Shown: piece by piece, positions 43,353-52,937 of the stretch
Layout: every line of letters starts with the position of its first letter
Position numbering within the stretch: position 1 is the first letter of the stretch
Source: Promethearchaeota archaeon
GTDB taxonomy: Archaea; Asgardarchaeota; Lokiarchaeia; Sigyniarchaeales; SOKP01
DNA: 64,000 bases
Direction: 5' to 3'
Assembly: GCA_016839555.1 (NCBI GenBank)
Contig: JAEOUA010000001.1
Span: forward strand, 246,043-310,042
Position numbers and translations under genes: made by a program
The notes under the pieces: generated by a model
What the model was told of the DNA's origin: nothing
Databases searched by the model: none
The model's input: the letters and a program-made list of their open reading frames with translations, nothing else

Positions 43353-44483
43353 TTAGTAATAAAATTTTTCAAGCTTCGAAGTCAGATTCTCATATCCATT
43401 TTTTTTAACAACAAGTAAATCTTCTGTTCGTGCGCCTCCTAATCCTTGGATATATAATCCAGGCTCTATAGTAATGCACATCCCTTTTTTTAATATATCC
43501 TCAGAAATGCTTGAAATATATGGTTCCTCATGCACCTCAATTCCTACTCCATGCCCTAAACTATGAATAAATCTTTCCCCCCATTCTTTATTTTCATTTT
43601 TAAAAAATTCTCGTACAATAGAATCCAATTCTGAGGCTTTTTTTCCGCCCTTTACCTCATCTAATGCTTTTTTCTGACCTTCATTAACTAAATTAATTAG
43701 TTCTGCTTTTTTTGAAAAATTTTGAGCATTTTTTCCATCAAATATAAAGCTTCGTGTCATATCCGAACAATATCCATCATAAATTGCGCCAATATCAACG
43801 ATAATTATGTCACCTTTTCTAATCTTCTTTTCGGAAGTTTTGCCATGAGGAAAGGCTGAGCGATTCCCTGATGCAACAATAGTCTTAAAAGCGATTCCAT
43901 CGGCACCCTCCTTTCTCATTGCATATTCTGCCATTGCCGCCAGCTCTTTCTCCGTCATCTCTTCCTCAATTCTTTCAAATATAGTATTAAACCCAATTAT
44001 TCCTAATTCAGCAGCTTTTTTGATCTTCTGAATTTCTTTTTCAGTTTTTATTAATCTTGCATCAAGTAAGATCTCAGAGGCCCCGATTAATTTAATTTTC
44101 TTAAATTTTTCTTTAAATTGCTCAAATAACTTTACATTGATAAAATCATCTTCAAATCCAAGTTTATTTAATTTTAATTGTTTAATAGTCTTTTCAATAA
44201 CATTTTCCTCGGCTTTAGCAATTTTAATAATTTCAATCTCATTTTTTAGCGTTGTATTTTGCTCAATTTGAGCTTTCGTTTCATCATACTCTAAGGCATT
44301 AACAAATACTAATATTTGGGAATAGTGTTTTGATTTCTCCATATTAAGGATTAATATGGTAGTCTCACTCTCTATATCAAATCCTAAGATATAGAGGATA
44401 TTTTGGGGCTTTCTGATTAATAGGGCATCAATCGAGTCAAAAAGATGATGATTTTTTATGCGCTGTATTTTTTTATTGCTCAT
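43353..44483 (-). CDS. Xaa-Pro aminopeptidase (M24B)
   Basis: D.G..YDGYCSDMTR, HSLGHGVG..VHE, TIEPGLY, GARTED. Confidence 0.95.
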   Translation of the reverse strand: MSNKKIQRIKNHHLFDSIDALLIRKPQNILYILGFDIESETTILILNMEKSKHYSQILVFVNALEYDETKAQIEQNTTLKNEIEIIKIAKAEENVIEKTIKQLKLNKLGFEDDFINVKLFEQFKEKFKKIKLIGASEILLDARLIKTEKEIQKIKKAAELGIIGFNTIFERIEEEMTEKELAAMAEYAMRKEGADGIAFKTIVASGNRSAFPHGKTSEKKIRKGDIIIVDIGAIYDGYCSDMTRSFIFDGKNAQNFSKKAELINLVNEGQKKALDEVKGGKKASELDSIVREFFKNENKEWGERFIHSLGHGVGIEVHEEPYISSISEDILKKGMCITIEPGLYIQGLGGARTEDLLVVKKNGYENLTSKLEKFYY

Positions 44484-45069
44484 TTATAAAAGCCTAAAAA
44501 TAATATTTTCTTGGTTGTTCAAAATTAAACCTATATCTTATTAAAATATTTTCTATTATTATTAGAAACAGTATCTATGGTTCTTTCAATTTTACTTTTA
44601 ATATATATTGAAATTTATCTTATTATATTTACTTACTTCTAAGAAAGAAAAGAAAAAGAAAGAAATCGAGGGCTATGATTCTGTAAATGAAAAAAAGAGG
44701 AGACGTTTATCTAATAACAGGGTTAAGGGTTGAGGTATTAAGCCGATTTACATCGACGTAGGTATAAGAATATATTTCCATCATAGGCTCCGATTCCTCT
44801 TATATTAATAAATAGTTATAATCATATTTAAAGTTTTTCCTAGGAAAAAAGGGAAAAACAATTCTATAAGAATAAATCTTTCGCGCTTAACTTGAACTTG
44901 AAGTTTGCTTCCATTTTGGGATCCTTTTATTTTAATATAAATAATGCCTCTTCTCTACAAGTCTATAAATTTCAAATAGTCTTCTAAGAGTAGGATTAGC
45001 TATCTACACGCAAAATAGAAAATCCCAAAAAATTTTTTTATTTAAATATTCGTAATAGCTAAAGATTTT

Positions 45070-45567
45070 ATGAACCAATTAACTGCCATCGTAAAAAAGT
45101 CCATTGCTCTGAAGAAAGACTATGGAAATGTTCAATTAGATCCTCACCTTATTGCCAAATTGGATCTTGCGATTGGGGAATACTTAGAAATTATAAATGC
45201 GACAAATGGGAGAGTGTCCGTGGGGAAATTAACGGAAAGCGATTTGTTCAATGTTGGGAAGGGGTTTATTATTATGAATTGGTTTCTAAGGAGAAATTTG
45301 CTGGTGGGGATCGGGGAAATGGTATTGCTTCGTAAGATCGTTCCCAAAATAGCCAAAAGGGTAGAATTTATGGGGCTTAATAAGCCAATTCAGTTAAAAA
45401 ATGCTCATAGTCTTCAAAAGAGGCTCTCTCCGTATGCCTTTTCCGTGGGGGATGTGTTTAGTTTTGGCTTGAATGGAAGTGTGATCTCTCTGGTGGTAAA
45501 ACATTTTAGTCCTGAAGGATCTCCAATTCGGATCGATTCCACAACAGAAATTGTATGCAGTAAATAA
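45070..45567 (+). CDS. Stand-alone Cdc48/VAT N-domain-like protein without an ATPase domain
   Basis: DYGNVQLDP..IAKLDL.IGEYLEI; I.MN..LRRNL.V.IGE.V; C-terminal P....RI...TEI. Confidence 0.65.
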   Translation: MNQLTAIVKKSIALKKDYGNVQLDPHLIAKLDLAIGEYLEIINATNGRVSVGKLTESDLFNVGKGFIIMNWFLRRNLLVGIGEMVLLRKIVPKIAKRVEFMGLNKPIQLKNAHSLQKRLSPYAFSVGDVFSFGLNGSVISLVVKHFSPEGSPIRIDSTTEIVCSK

Positions 45568-45781
45568 CTGATTCCTAATTTGTTTATACTTCCACGATCT
45601 TATCAAAATGCACATAATACACTTGCGTTCCATTTACCCTTAAGGAATGAATATTCTCTGTTCTATTGGGGAGATCGCTCTCATGGGTTGAGACATACTC
45701 AATGATCTTCGGTTTATCTTCAGAGATAAGGTATCTATATTTAATATTTACATCGTGATAATAATCAATAAAAAAGAGAGT

Positions 45782-46102
45782 TTAAATAAGGTTATGCTGG
45801 TATATATTTATCAATTCAGAATATTTGATGGTCGAATCGTCTTCTTGTAGTTTTCGAGAAATGGCTAGCATATCGGAATAGGTTTTTGAGTCTATTTCTA
45901 TTAAGCGATCTTCAATCAATTCAGGATCTTTTTTGCATTTTTCGAAACAATGGCAGCATAAAATTTCAACAGATGAATTATGCCACATTTTCTCAAGTAA
46001 TTCTCTCGGCGTGTTCTTGTTTCGTGAAAGATACTCTGGAAAATACAACATATTCTTACATCTGTAGCACTTTCTAGGGGTAAATTGTGGTTGCATTATC
46101 AT
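45782..46102 (-). CDS. Small Zn-binding hypothetical protein
   Basis: CYRC and CCHC motifs. Confidence 0.55.
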   Translation of the reverse strand: MIMQPQFTPRKCYRCKNMLYFPEYLSRNKNTPRELLEKMWHNSSVEILCCHCFEKCKKDPELIEDRLIEIDSKTYSDMLAISRKLQEDDSTIKYSELINIYQHNLI

Positions 46103-46230
46103 TTTATTTTTCTCTTGGATTATCTAATATTTGGATTTTTCTCATAATAAATATGAATACTCTTTTCAATTAATAAAATTTTAAGTTGTATAAAAATCTA
46201 AAAAGAAAACAGTTCCAAAGGAAGTAGATC

Positions 46231-49200
46231 TTGGTAATTCCATTAAGTTGGGATTGTTGCTATCTATATATTCTTTTTATTAACCGATGCTCCGTAATTG
46301 CCTCGGTAGCATCGCAGAACCCTCTAGTAGGAATGGGATTATATACCATGCTACATATCGTTCGGGGATTGGATCAGACCATGCAACAACAAGAGCTTTT
46401 AAAGAGTGCTTTCCACTCGTCCTTGTATATGGGAGAAATTCCCCTCTCAAGAAAACTTCCCGGTGATCAATACGACATTTGGGAGGAACTCAGCCTCCAA
46501 CTGCCCACCCACTGGAACAATATCCCAGCTCTCAAAACAGTTTACGCGCCCGTGCAAAGTATCTCAGAATATTTCACCTACAATGGCTATATCGTTACCT
46601 CAAAAGGCTTCACAACTGCCACTAAAGGCTTCAATATCTATACGGGCGTTTTGGATATTGAAGGGGATACTTCAGAACATCTCTCGATCGAGCTAAATGA
46701 ATTTTTAACATTATACTTATTAAATACTAAGCTATATCCTACTAATAATATTCCCTACTTAGAGCAAATTGCTTGGCGTTTATCCAAAACTGATCCCTCC
46801 TTGGAGCACCCCTTCGATAGGATTGTACCTCAGTTCATTTCAGGCGCCCCCAGCTTCGTGTTCGCTTCGTCTGAAGGATCATTGGTATTACCCGACTTCT
46901 ACGAGGAATATCCCCTCATGGGTCGCGTTTCCACAACCATAGATCCAAATTATTGGATCTATAAGGGTATAGGAATTTACTCTACATATACCGATGATCA
47001 ACTCGATGCACTGCGAATCTTTCGGCTCATTCCAGAAGATTCCATTCATCCCCTTAAATCCAATATTGCTTGCATTGAAGTTCGCCTTAATCTTTATGAG
47101 GAAGACAAAAGCCCGTTAATAATGACCCTATTTCCTCAAGATTATTCCTATGATCCAAGCACTAGACAGGTCACTATTAATAAAAACGTATTTGAGAGGA
47201 TAAAAAGCATTATAAGAGATTGTTTTGAGCCTTATAGTGGGCAAGAAAAGAGGGGATATTTTGAGTATAAGATCAATATAGAAACGGGACGCTCTATTTA
47301 TGATCCCAACGACGATCTTTCGGATGCTCAAGCGCAGAAGATCGCCCTCATGCAAGCCGTGCAGCTTTACATGCTTCAATATTATAACGAGTTTACACAG
47401 GGTGCCGCCCGCGCGCAAATCGACTTCGAGACGGTCTATACCGTGACCCTCACCACCATCAGCACCGCAATTACCCTAGCTGTCGGTATTGCCGCTTCCT
47501 CTGCATTTGCGGCTGAAGAGGTTATAAGTTCAAGTATTCAACAAGTAGTTCCCGCAGCGACTCGGGGTAGTCTCATTGCTGCTCAAGTCGTTCTTTCGGT
47601 CGCCTCTGAAAATCTAGAAGAGCTCTTCTTGGATCCCCTCATCGAGAGCGTCGTCACGGACTTAGTGAAAGACCTCGGTGGCGATGAGAAGGCACAAGTA
47701 ATTGCAAGTGTCCTCGCAGAATCCATCAGAGAAGGGTTAATGGGTACGGTTGCTGACTTCTCCCATATTAACATTATGAATAATCTTCAAAATCTGGTAT
47801 TTAACCACTATCAAGAGGCAATCATGTCCACCGCATCCGAACTTGCAACCCTGCACGCCTTCAGTGAATATCAACAACTCCTTGCCGAGCAACCAGGCTA
47901 CACCCTCGGGCCCATCCCGCTGTCCGCATTATCCACCTTGACTCTCTTTATCCCCTCTATGATAGCTGAATCCTTCTATATTCGGCAAGATGCCACTTCG
48001 GGCGAGGTGTTACACTTTCTCAGGGGGCTCACCGACTTCGGCATCAAAGGAGACTTCCTCAGATCCATCATACGAAATATGCATACCGCCGACAGCACCG
48101 CAGAAATAATCGGAACGCAGGAGATCGCCCCCGGCATCACCGCAGAGGTGTCTAATCCTGTCCTGCTCGCTCTTAAAAACGTCCTCGAAGATATTGCCTC
48201 TTCCCGATTAGCCTCCATACAAGATAAGAAGCCGTGCTCGCAGGAAGATATCAATGTTCTTAGAGAACAGTTTCTATCGGGAGAGATTGGTATAGAATTC
48301 ACCTTCATGTATGATGGCGGCGGAATTGATTATGGAGGAGATATGGGGATTCCTTTTGGAATAGATTTGCAAAATAACAAAAGAATTAAAAAGGTAAATA
48401 CACAGTCCCAGACCCATGAAAAAACCATGATAACATCAATTTTCAATTATCAAAAAACCTTAGATGAATGGTTGGGAGAGAATAATCATATTGAAGAAAT
48501 ACTACTGAGGAATTTAGAAGAAATAGCTAAGAGTAAAACAACTAATGATCAAAAAAAACATTATGCATTGTTAGTTGAAGGTTTTGATTCAAGATTCTCG
48601 TTGAAAGTGGCGAAAAGAATAGAGATTGATGAGCTTGCCTCAATTTTTGAACAGCAAGATGGTCCAAAATTTAAAGAATTCTTTGAGGTATTAAATCAAA
48701 TGCAAAATCCATTTGGAGCAAGAGTAGAAGAATTTATTCAAAAAAGAGATGAGAGCGGTAAGAAGCTCAGGTATAAAGATGCAAGACTTTTCATGGATGA
48801 TACTTTACTGGAAAGCATTAAAGAAGATATTCTTCAAAACCTTATACGAGCCACAGGAAAAAGCAAATACTTTTTTGAGGAGATAAATCCAAAAACGTTT
48901 GAGAAATTTGTCAAATATTACCAAGAAAATGATAAAGAATTTTATGAGAATTACTTACAAGAAGGCTTTTCTGATATGCTATTAAAGTATTTTGTCAATT
49001 TTGAAGTCCCTTTTCTTATCTGGTCTCAATATTTAGAACAGGATCAGACCAAATTAACGGAGTTAAAAGATTTTTATATGCAAAATTGGGATAAGGATGC
49101 TAAAAATTTGCAGAGAATTATTTGGGGGGTGCTGTTAGACTGCTATCATCCCCTCTTAGGTCAAAAGATTAAGATTGCCGATTGGGTTTCCTTAGACCTC

Positions 49201-49569
49201 CATCATTGGATGACCGCCTCCGGACACGAAAATAAATATTCTTGTCTACTTTTTTCGGTATTCCCTCTTCCTAGCGACCTTCGACTTGGAGAACCAATCC
49301 ATCTTCAATTAACGGGGCAAATAGAAAATAATCCCACAATAATGGGTACCCATTGGGAAAATCAAATAAGTGATGTGATTACAGCAGTTCTTAAGGGAGA
49401 TGTTCCATCCTCTACCATCTGGAAAGATGAAGAATATAATCAAAAATTTGATCAATACCAAAAATTGAATGAGAATGCAAGAAAAACAATAATTTGGTTA
49501 TTTTTATACTCTCATAGTGATTTAATAATAAGATTTAATCTAGAAAAAATAGATTTCTATTTTAAATAG
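46231..49569 (+). CDS. Putative polymorphic toxin: GC-rich N-region with hydrophobic helices, junction motif, then HNH-like (HHW) tip; true start uncertain
   Basis: KVNTQSQTHEKT at about aa 721; tip DCYHPLLG...LHHW...HENKY is homologous to 52938..54356; followed by an LRR gene. Confidence 0.7.
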   Translation: MVIPLSWDCCYLYILFINRCSVIASVASQNPLVGMGLYTMLHIVRGLDQTMQQQELLKSAFHSSLYMGEIPLSRKLPGDQYDIWEELSLQLPTHWNNIPALKTVYAPVQSISEYFTYNGYIVTSKGFTTATKGFNIYTGVLDIEGDTSEHLSIELNEFLTLYLLNTKLYPTNNIPYLEQIAWRLSKTDPSLEHPFDRIVPQFISGAPSFVFASSEGSLVLPDFYEEYPLMGRVSTTIDPNYWIYKGIGIYSTYTDDQLDALRIFRLIPEDSIHPLKSNIACIEVRLNLYEEDKSPLIMTLFPQDYSYDPSTRQVTINKNVFERIKSIIRDCFEPYSGQEKRGYFEYKINIETGRSIYDPNDDLSDAQAQKIALMQAVQLYMLQYYNEFTQGAARAQIDFETVYTVTLTTISTAITLAVGIAASSAFAAEEVISSSIQQVVPAATRGSLIAAQVVLSVASENLEELFLDPLIESVVTDLVKDLGGDEKAQVIASVLAESIREGLMGTVADFSHINIMNNLQNLVFNHYQEAIMSTASELATLHAFSEYQQLLAEQPGYTLGPIPLSALSTLTLFIPSMIAESFYIRQDATSGEVLHFLRGLTDFGIKGDFLRSIIRNMHTADSTAEIIGTQEIAPGITAEVSNPVLLALKNVLEDIASSRLASIQDKKPCSQEDINVLREQFLSGEIGIEFTFMYDGGGIDYGGDMGIPFGIDLQNNKRIKKVNTQSQTHEKTMITSIFNYQKTLDEWLGENNHIEEILLRNLEEIAKSKTTNDQKKHYALLVEGFDSRFSLKVAKRIEIDELASIFEQQDGPKFKEFFEVLNQMQNPFGARVEEFIQKRDESGKKLRYKDARLFMDDTLLESIKEDILQNLIRATGKSKYFFEEINPKTFEKFVKYYQENDKEFYENYLQEGFSDMLLKYFVNFEVPFLIWSQYLEQDQTKLTELKDFYMQNWDKDAKNLQRIIWGVLLDCYHPLLGQKIKIADWVSLDLHHWMTASGHENKYSCLLFSVFPLPSDLRLGEPIHLQLTGQIENNPTIMGTHWENQISDVITAVLKGDVPSSTIWKDEEYNQKFDQYQKLNENARKTIIWLFLYSHSDLIIRFNLEKIDFYFK
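48389..48428 (+). repeat. Junction repeat J1 (aaaaggtaaatacacagtcccagacccatgaaaaaaccat)
   Basis: Read directly; identical to the reverse complement of 59536-59575. Confidence 0.95.
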
Positions 49570-49607
49570 AGTAATATAAAAAGAACAATTTAAATATATT
49601 AAAAGAA

Positions 49608-50465
49608 ATGAATGAAAATAGATATATTAAATTGAAAAAAGATGGTGTTCTTGAAGAAGAAATTCAAGTTATTAAATTACTTGAAAAGGATGTTGAGAAT
49701 CCAATTTATATAAAAAACATTCAAAATCATAGAATTACGAGTATATCTATGAATGAGTGTGGAATAAGTCAAATTTCCTCTAAGATAAAAAATTTAAGAA
49801 ATTTAGAATATTTATTTATAAGTGAGCCTAAACTTAAAAAAATTCCAGATACAATAGAACATCTAACTAAACTAAATCAATTAAGAATAAATAAAAGCTT
49901 GATTCAAGAATTACCTATTTCTTTAAAAAATTTAACCAATCTAAAAGAAATAGGGATAGCTAGAAGTAGATTAAAAAACTTTCCAAATCAAATATGTAGA
50001 ATAAAGGGATTAGAAGCAATTTCTTTAAGTGGAAATCAAATTACATCACTTCCACAATGTATTAGACAGTTAACACAATTAAAAGGATTAATAATGGATA
50101 ATAATAAGTTAAAAAAACTTCCCGATTCTATTTGTCAGCTCAAAAACCTCCGAACTTTATCGTTAAAGAATAACCAATTAGAAGAATTACCTAAAGATAT
50201 TGGCAATCTAATGATGGGGCATAAGATAGAGTTAGGTAATAACAAATTACACTCTTTACCAGATTCCTTCAAACATCTCGGAGAATTACTATCTATTAAA
50301 CTAAATGATAATCTATTTGAAGAAGTCCCACCCGTTTTAGAGGAAATGAAAATATTTTCTCTTGACCTATCGGGAAATCCTATTAAAACGTTCCCTAAAG
50401 AGATTGGAAATATCTCCTTGATTGACGAGAAAGGGCTCTATATGGTGCAGGAAGATAAAATTTAA
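49608..50465 (+). CDS. Leucine-rich repeat protein, putative immunity protein
   Basis: Tandem LxxLxLxxNxLxxLP repeats; directly downstream of an HHW tip. Confidence 0.85.
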   Translation: MNENRYIKLKKDGVLEEEIQVIKLLEKDVENPIYIKNIQNHRITSISMNECGISQISSKIKNLRNLEYLFISEPKLKKIPDTIEHLTKLNQLRINKSLIQELPISLKNLTNLKEIGIARSRLKNFPNQICRIKGLEAISLSGNQITSLPQCIRQLTQLKGLIMDNNKLKKLPDSICQLKNLRTLSLKNNQLEELPKDIGNLMMGHKIELGNNKLHSLPDSFKHLGELLSIKLNDNLFEEVPPVLEEMKIFSLDLSGNPIKTFPKEIGNISLIDEKGLYMVQEDKI

Positions 50466-50492
50466 AAATATATTACTTAGCAAAGTCGCATC

Positions 50493-50594
50493 CAAAATTG
50501 TATAGGTATGATTATGCATATTGGGAGATGAGCCCTTTCCTCACGAATCAATCTTTTTCATCTTGCATCAAATGAGAACAGATTAGTGAAGAAA
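50493..50594 (+). repeat. Dispersed repeat family B, copy 1 (partial)
   Basis: caaaattg...tgggagatgagccctttcctcacgaatcaatctttttcatcttgcatcaaat...gattag resembles 55948-56045. Confidence 0.7.
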
Positions 50595-50795
50595 TTTATT
50601 ATTAATAGATAGTTTGGTTTAAATCATTTAGATTTTCTTTTTTTGATTTGAGGACAACTATCCATTAATACCGAAACATAAATAATTTAATAAAAATCTG
50701 AATAAAATAAAATTTTTGATTTTAAGGTTTTTCTATTTTAAAAAGAATTAAAGGATAAATCTTTTGGATATTTGGTCAATTTTATTTAATATAAT

Positions 50796-51710
50796 TTAGA
50801 TCCACCAATAATTTTGAACTATCTTTAATTGTATATAATTTTGTATTATAAAGCAAATGTAATTTCTCTCTCCTACAACAAAGTCGCAATAGGGAATAGC
50901 AAAAGAAAAACTCGCTATATCAGGAATATCGTTTATAATATAGGGGCGATTAGGTATTTTCTCAATCCCATTATGCAGACAGATATTAGTATATAAAAGT
51001 GGAAATTTTTTTAAGAAATCAATTAATTCTTCGTTTTTAATGTTTTTTATTATGAATTCCTTAGGATCTACATTAAACTCTTTGCACCAATGGACTATTC
51101 TTGGAAAAAAAGTCTCAATTAAATATTTATACATTCTAATTTTACCTCTATAAGTCTTATCTTTGTATTTCCAATTGATATTACTAATTCTCTCCATTTC
51201 TTTTACGACAGGTTCGTAATTATCTTTTGGACTATGATCATCTAGGAGAACTTTTAGTATTGTATCTTGAGCAGAGAAAACTTCTTTTATTTTAGTTTCA
51301 TACTTTTTTTTCTCTTCACCTTTTAATGAAGTTTTTGGAAGCGTACCATCATGAATTAAGTAATGGGCACCAATTCCAATAGCAGACTCTTGAATGCTAC
51401 GGAATGGAATTTGTAAGTAATTTTTAATAAAGTTGATTATTTCCAAATTAATAGTATAATTATAAGGAATGAAACAATAACCTTTTGAAACATCTGCCAT
51501 AAATCTAGCCAGTTTATCTCTTCTATTTCTATTTGATATTTTTTTAAGTTCAACCACATTAGTTAAATTAATTGGAACTACTAAAATGTTTTTCTTTATA
51601 AGGAATTTTATCTTTTCTAAAAGCTCACTATAAAGTTCATTTGTTTTTTTCTTTTAATACATTTGACTTAAGTAAATCCAAATATTTTGATCCAAATAAA
51701 GATACTTCAT
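50796..51710 (-). pseudogene. PIN-like protein interrupted by an in-frame TAA at codon 19
   Basis: MKYLYLDQNIWIYLSQMY* continues in frame into ORF 50796..51557 (...NDIPD....AIPYCD..VGE). Confidence 0.7.
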
Positions 51711-52035
51711 TAGGTTTTTATTCTGTTTCTTTTAAATTAGTTAACCTTTCTATATGAGATTTATTCAAATAACCTAAAAAAAAATCTATATTTATTTAAA
51801 TAACTGGATTTAATTATAAATGAGAGTCTGAAGGATTATTGTATTTTTGAAACAAACAAAAAATTTTATAAAAATAAAACCTCAATTTATATCTGTAAGT
51901 GATATAGAAGTCTACATTATTAATTGAAAATATAAATAATCATGAAATTTTGTCTTTGAAAGTTAATTCTAGAAATCATTGAAAAGAAGAACCAAAGAGA
52001 GAAGTAGATTGCTGATATGAAAAGTGATTAAAACT

Positions 52036-52872
52036 TTATTTTTTATATTTATAGATTCCTTTTTTTATTGCTTTTGCTTTTCCAACCTTTCTAGGAAATT
52101 TTTTAATGGGATTACCAAAAATATATAAGTAAGCAAATTGATGCTTTTTTAAATGGTCAGGGAATTCGGTTAACTTATTATTACTCACATCTAACCCCAT
52201 TAAAAATTTTATATTTGAGAAAGACTCTGGTATGGATTTTAAAAGGTTGTTACTTAGATTAATTTCAAGAAGATTATTCATATCACCAAAATTCTTAGGT
52301 AGGTGAGTTAATTGATTAAATGAAAGTGAAAGTCTCTTTAACTTTTTTAGATTACACAATGAATCTGGAAGGGTTTTTATTTGATTTTTTTGAATATAAA
52401 ATATTTCTAAATCCTTTAAGTTTTCAATACATTCAGGAAGATTCCTAATTTGATTGCTACCTAAATGTAATGAATTCAAATTTTCAAGCTGACAGATCTC
52501 CTCAGGGAATTTTTCTAAATTACTACTACCAATAACAACCTCATATAATTTTCCTAAATTTTCAAAAGTTTGAGGAATATTCTTTATAGAACTCTTATAT
52601 ATAGAAAATCTTCTCAAATTTGAAAGATTTCCTATAGTAGTAGGTAAGGATGTTAGGAATTCATCACTTATTGTTAAATATTCTAATTTCTTAAGATTAT
52701 CAATATTCTCAGGAATATTCTTTATTCCCGAATCAAAAGCATCTATTCTAATTATTCGATTATCCTCGTTTACATCAATAAAAACATTCTTTATGATTTT
52801 AGCTTCTAAATCATCTATAAACTCTCTTTCATTAGAAAGAAGCTCACTTATATCTTCTATTTGTCTTGTCAA
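52036..52872 (-). CDS. Leucine-rich repeat protein, putative immunity protein (paralogue of 49608)
   Basis: LRR array; shares LEYL.IS, FP..IC, LPDS.C.LK.L and GNPIK.FP with 49608..50465. Confidence 0.85.
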   Translation of the reverse strand: MTRQIEDISELLSNEREFIDDLEAKIIKNVFIDVNEDNRIIRIDAFDSGIKNIPENIDNLKKLEYLTISDEFLTSLPTTIGNLSNLRRFSIYKSSIKNIPQTFENLGKLYEVVIGSSNLEKFPEEICQLENLNSLHLGSNQIRNLPECIENLKDLEIFYIQKNQIKTLPDSLCNLKKLKRLSLSFNQLTHLPKNFGDMNNLLEINLSNNLLKSIPESFSNIKFLMGLDVSNNKLTEFPDHLKKHQFAYLYIFGNPIKKFPRKVGKAKAIKKGIYKYKK

Positions 52873-52937
52873 AACCTTATATCTACTTTTATTTTTTTAT
52901 TTATTTGTATATTTAAAAATCTATATCATTTAATTAA

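Noticed and set aside
44711-44790. About 25-codon minus-strand ORF with GGAG upstream
   Set aside because: Too short, with no recognisable features.
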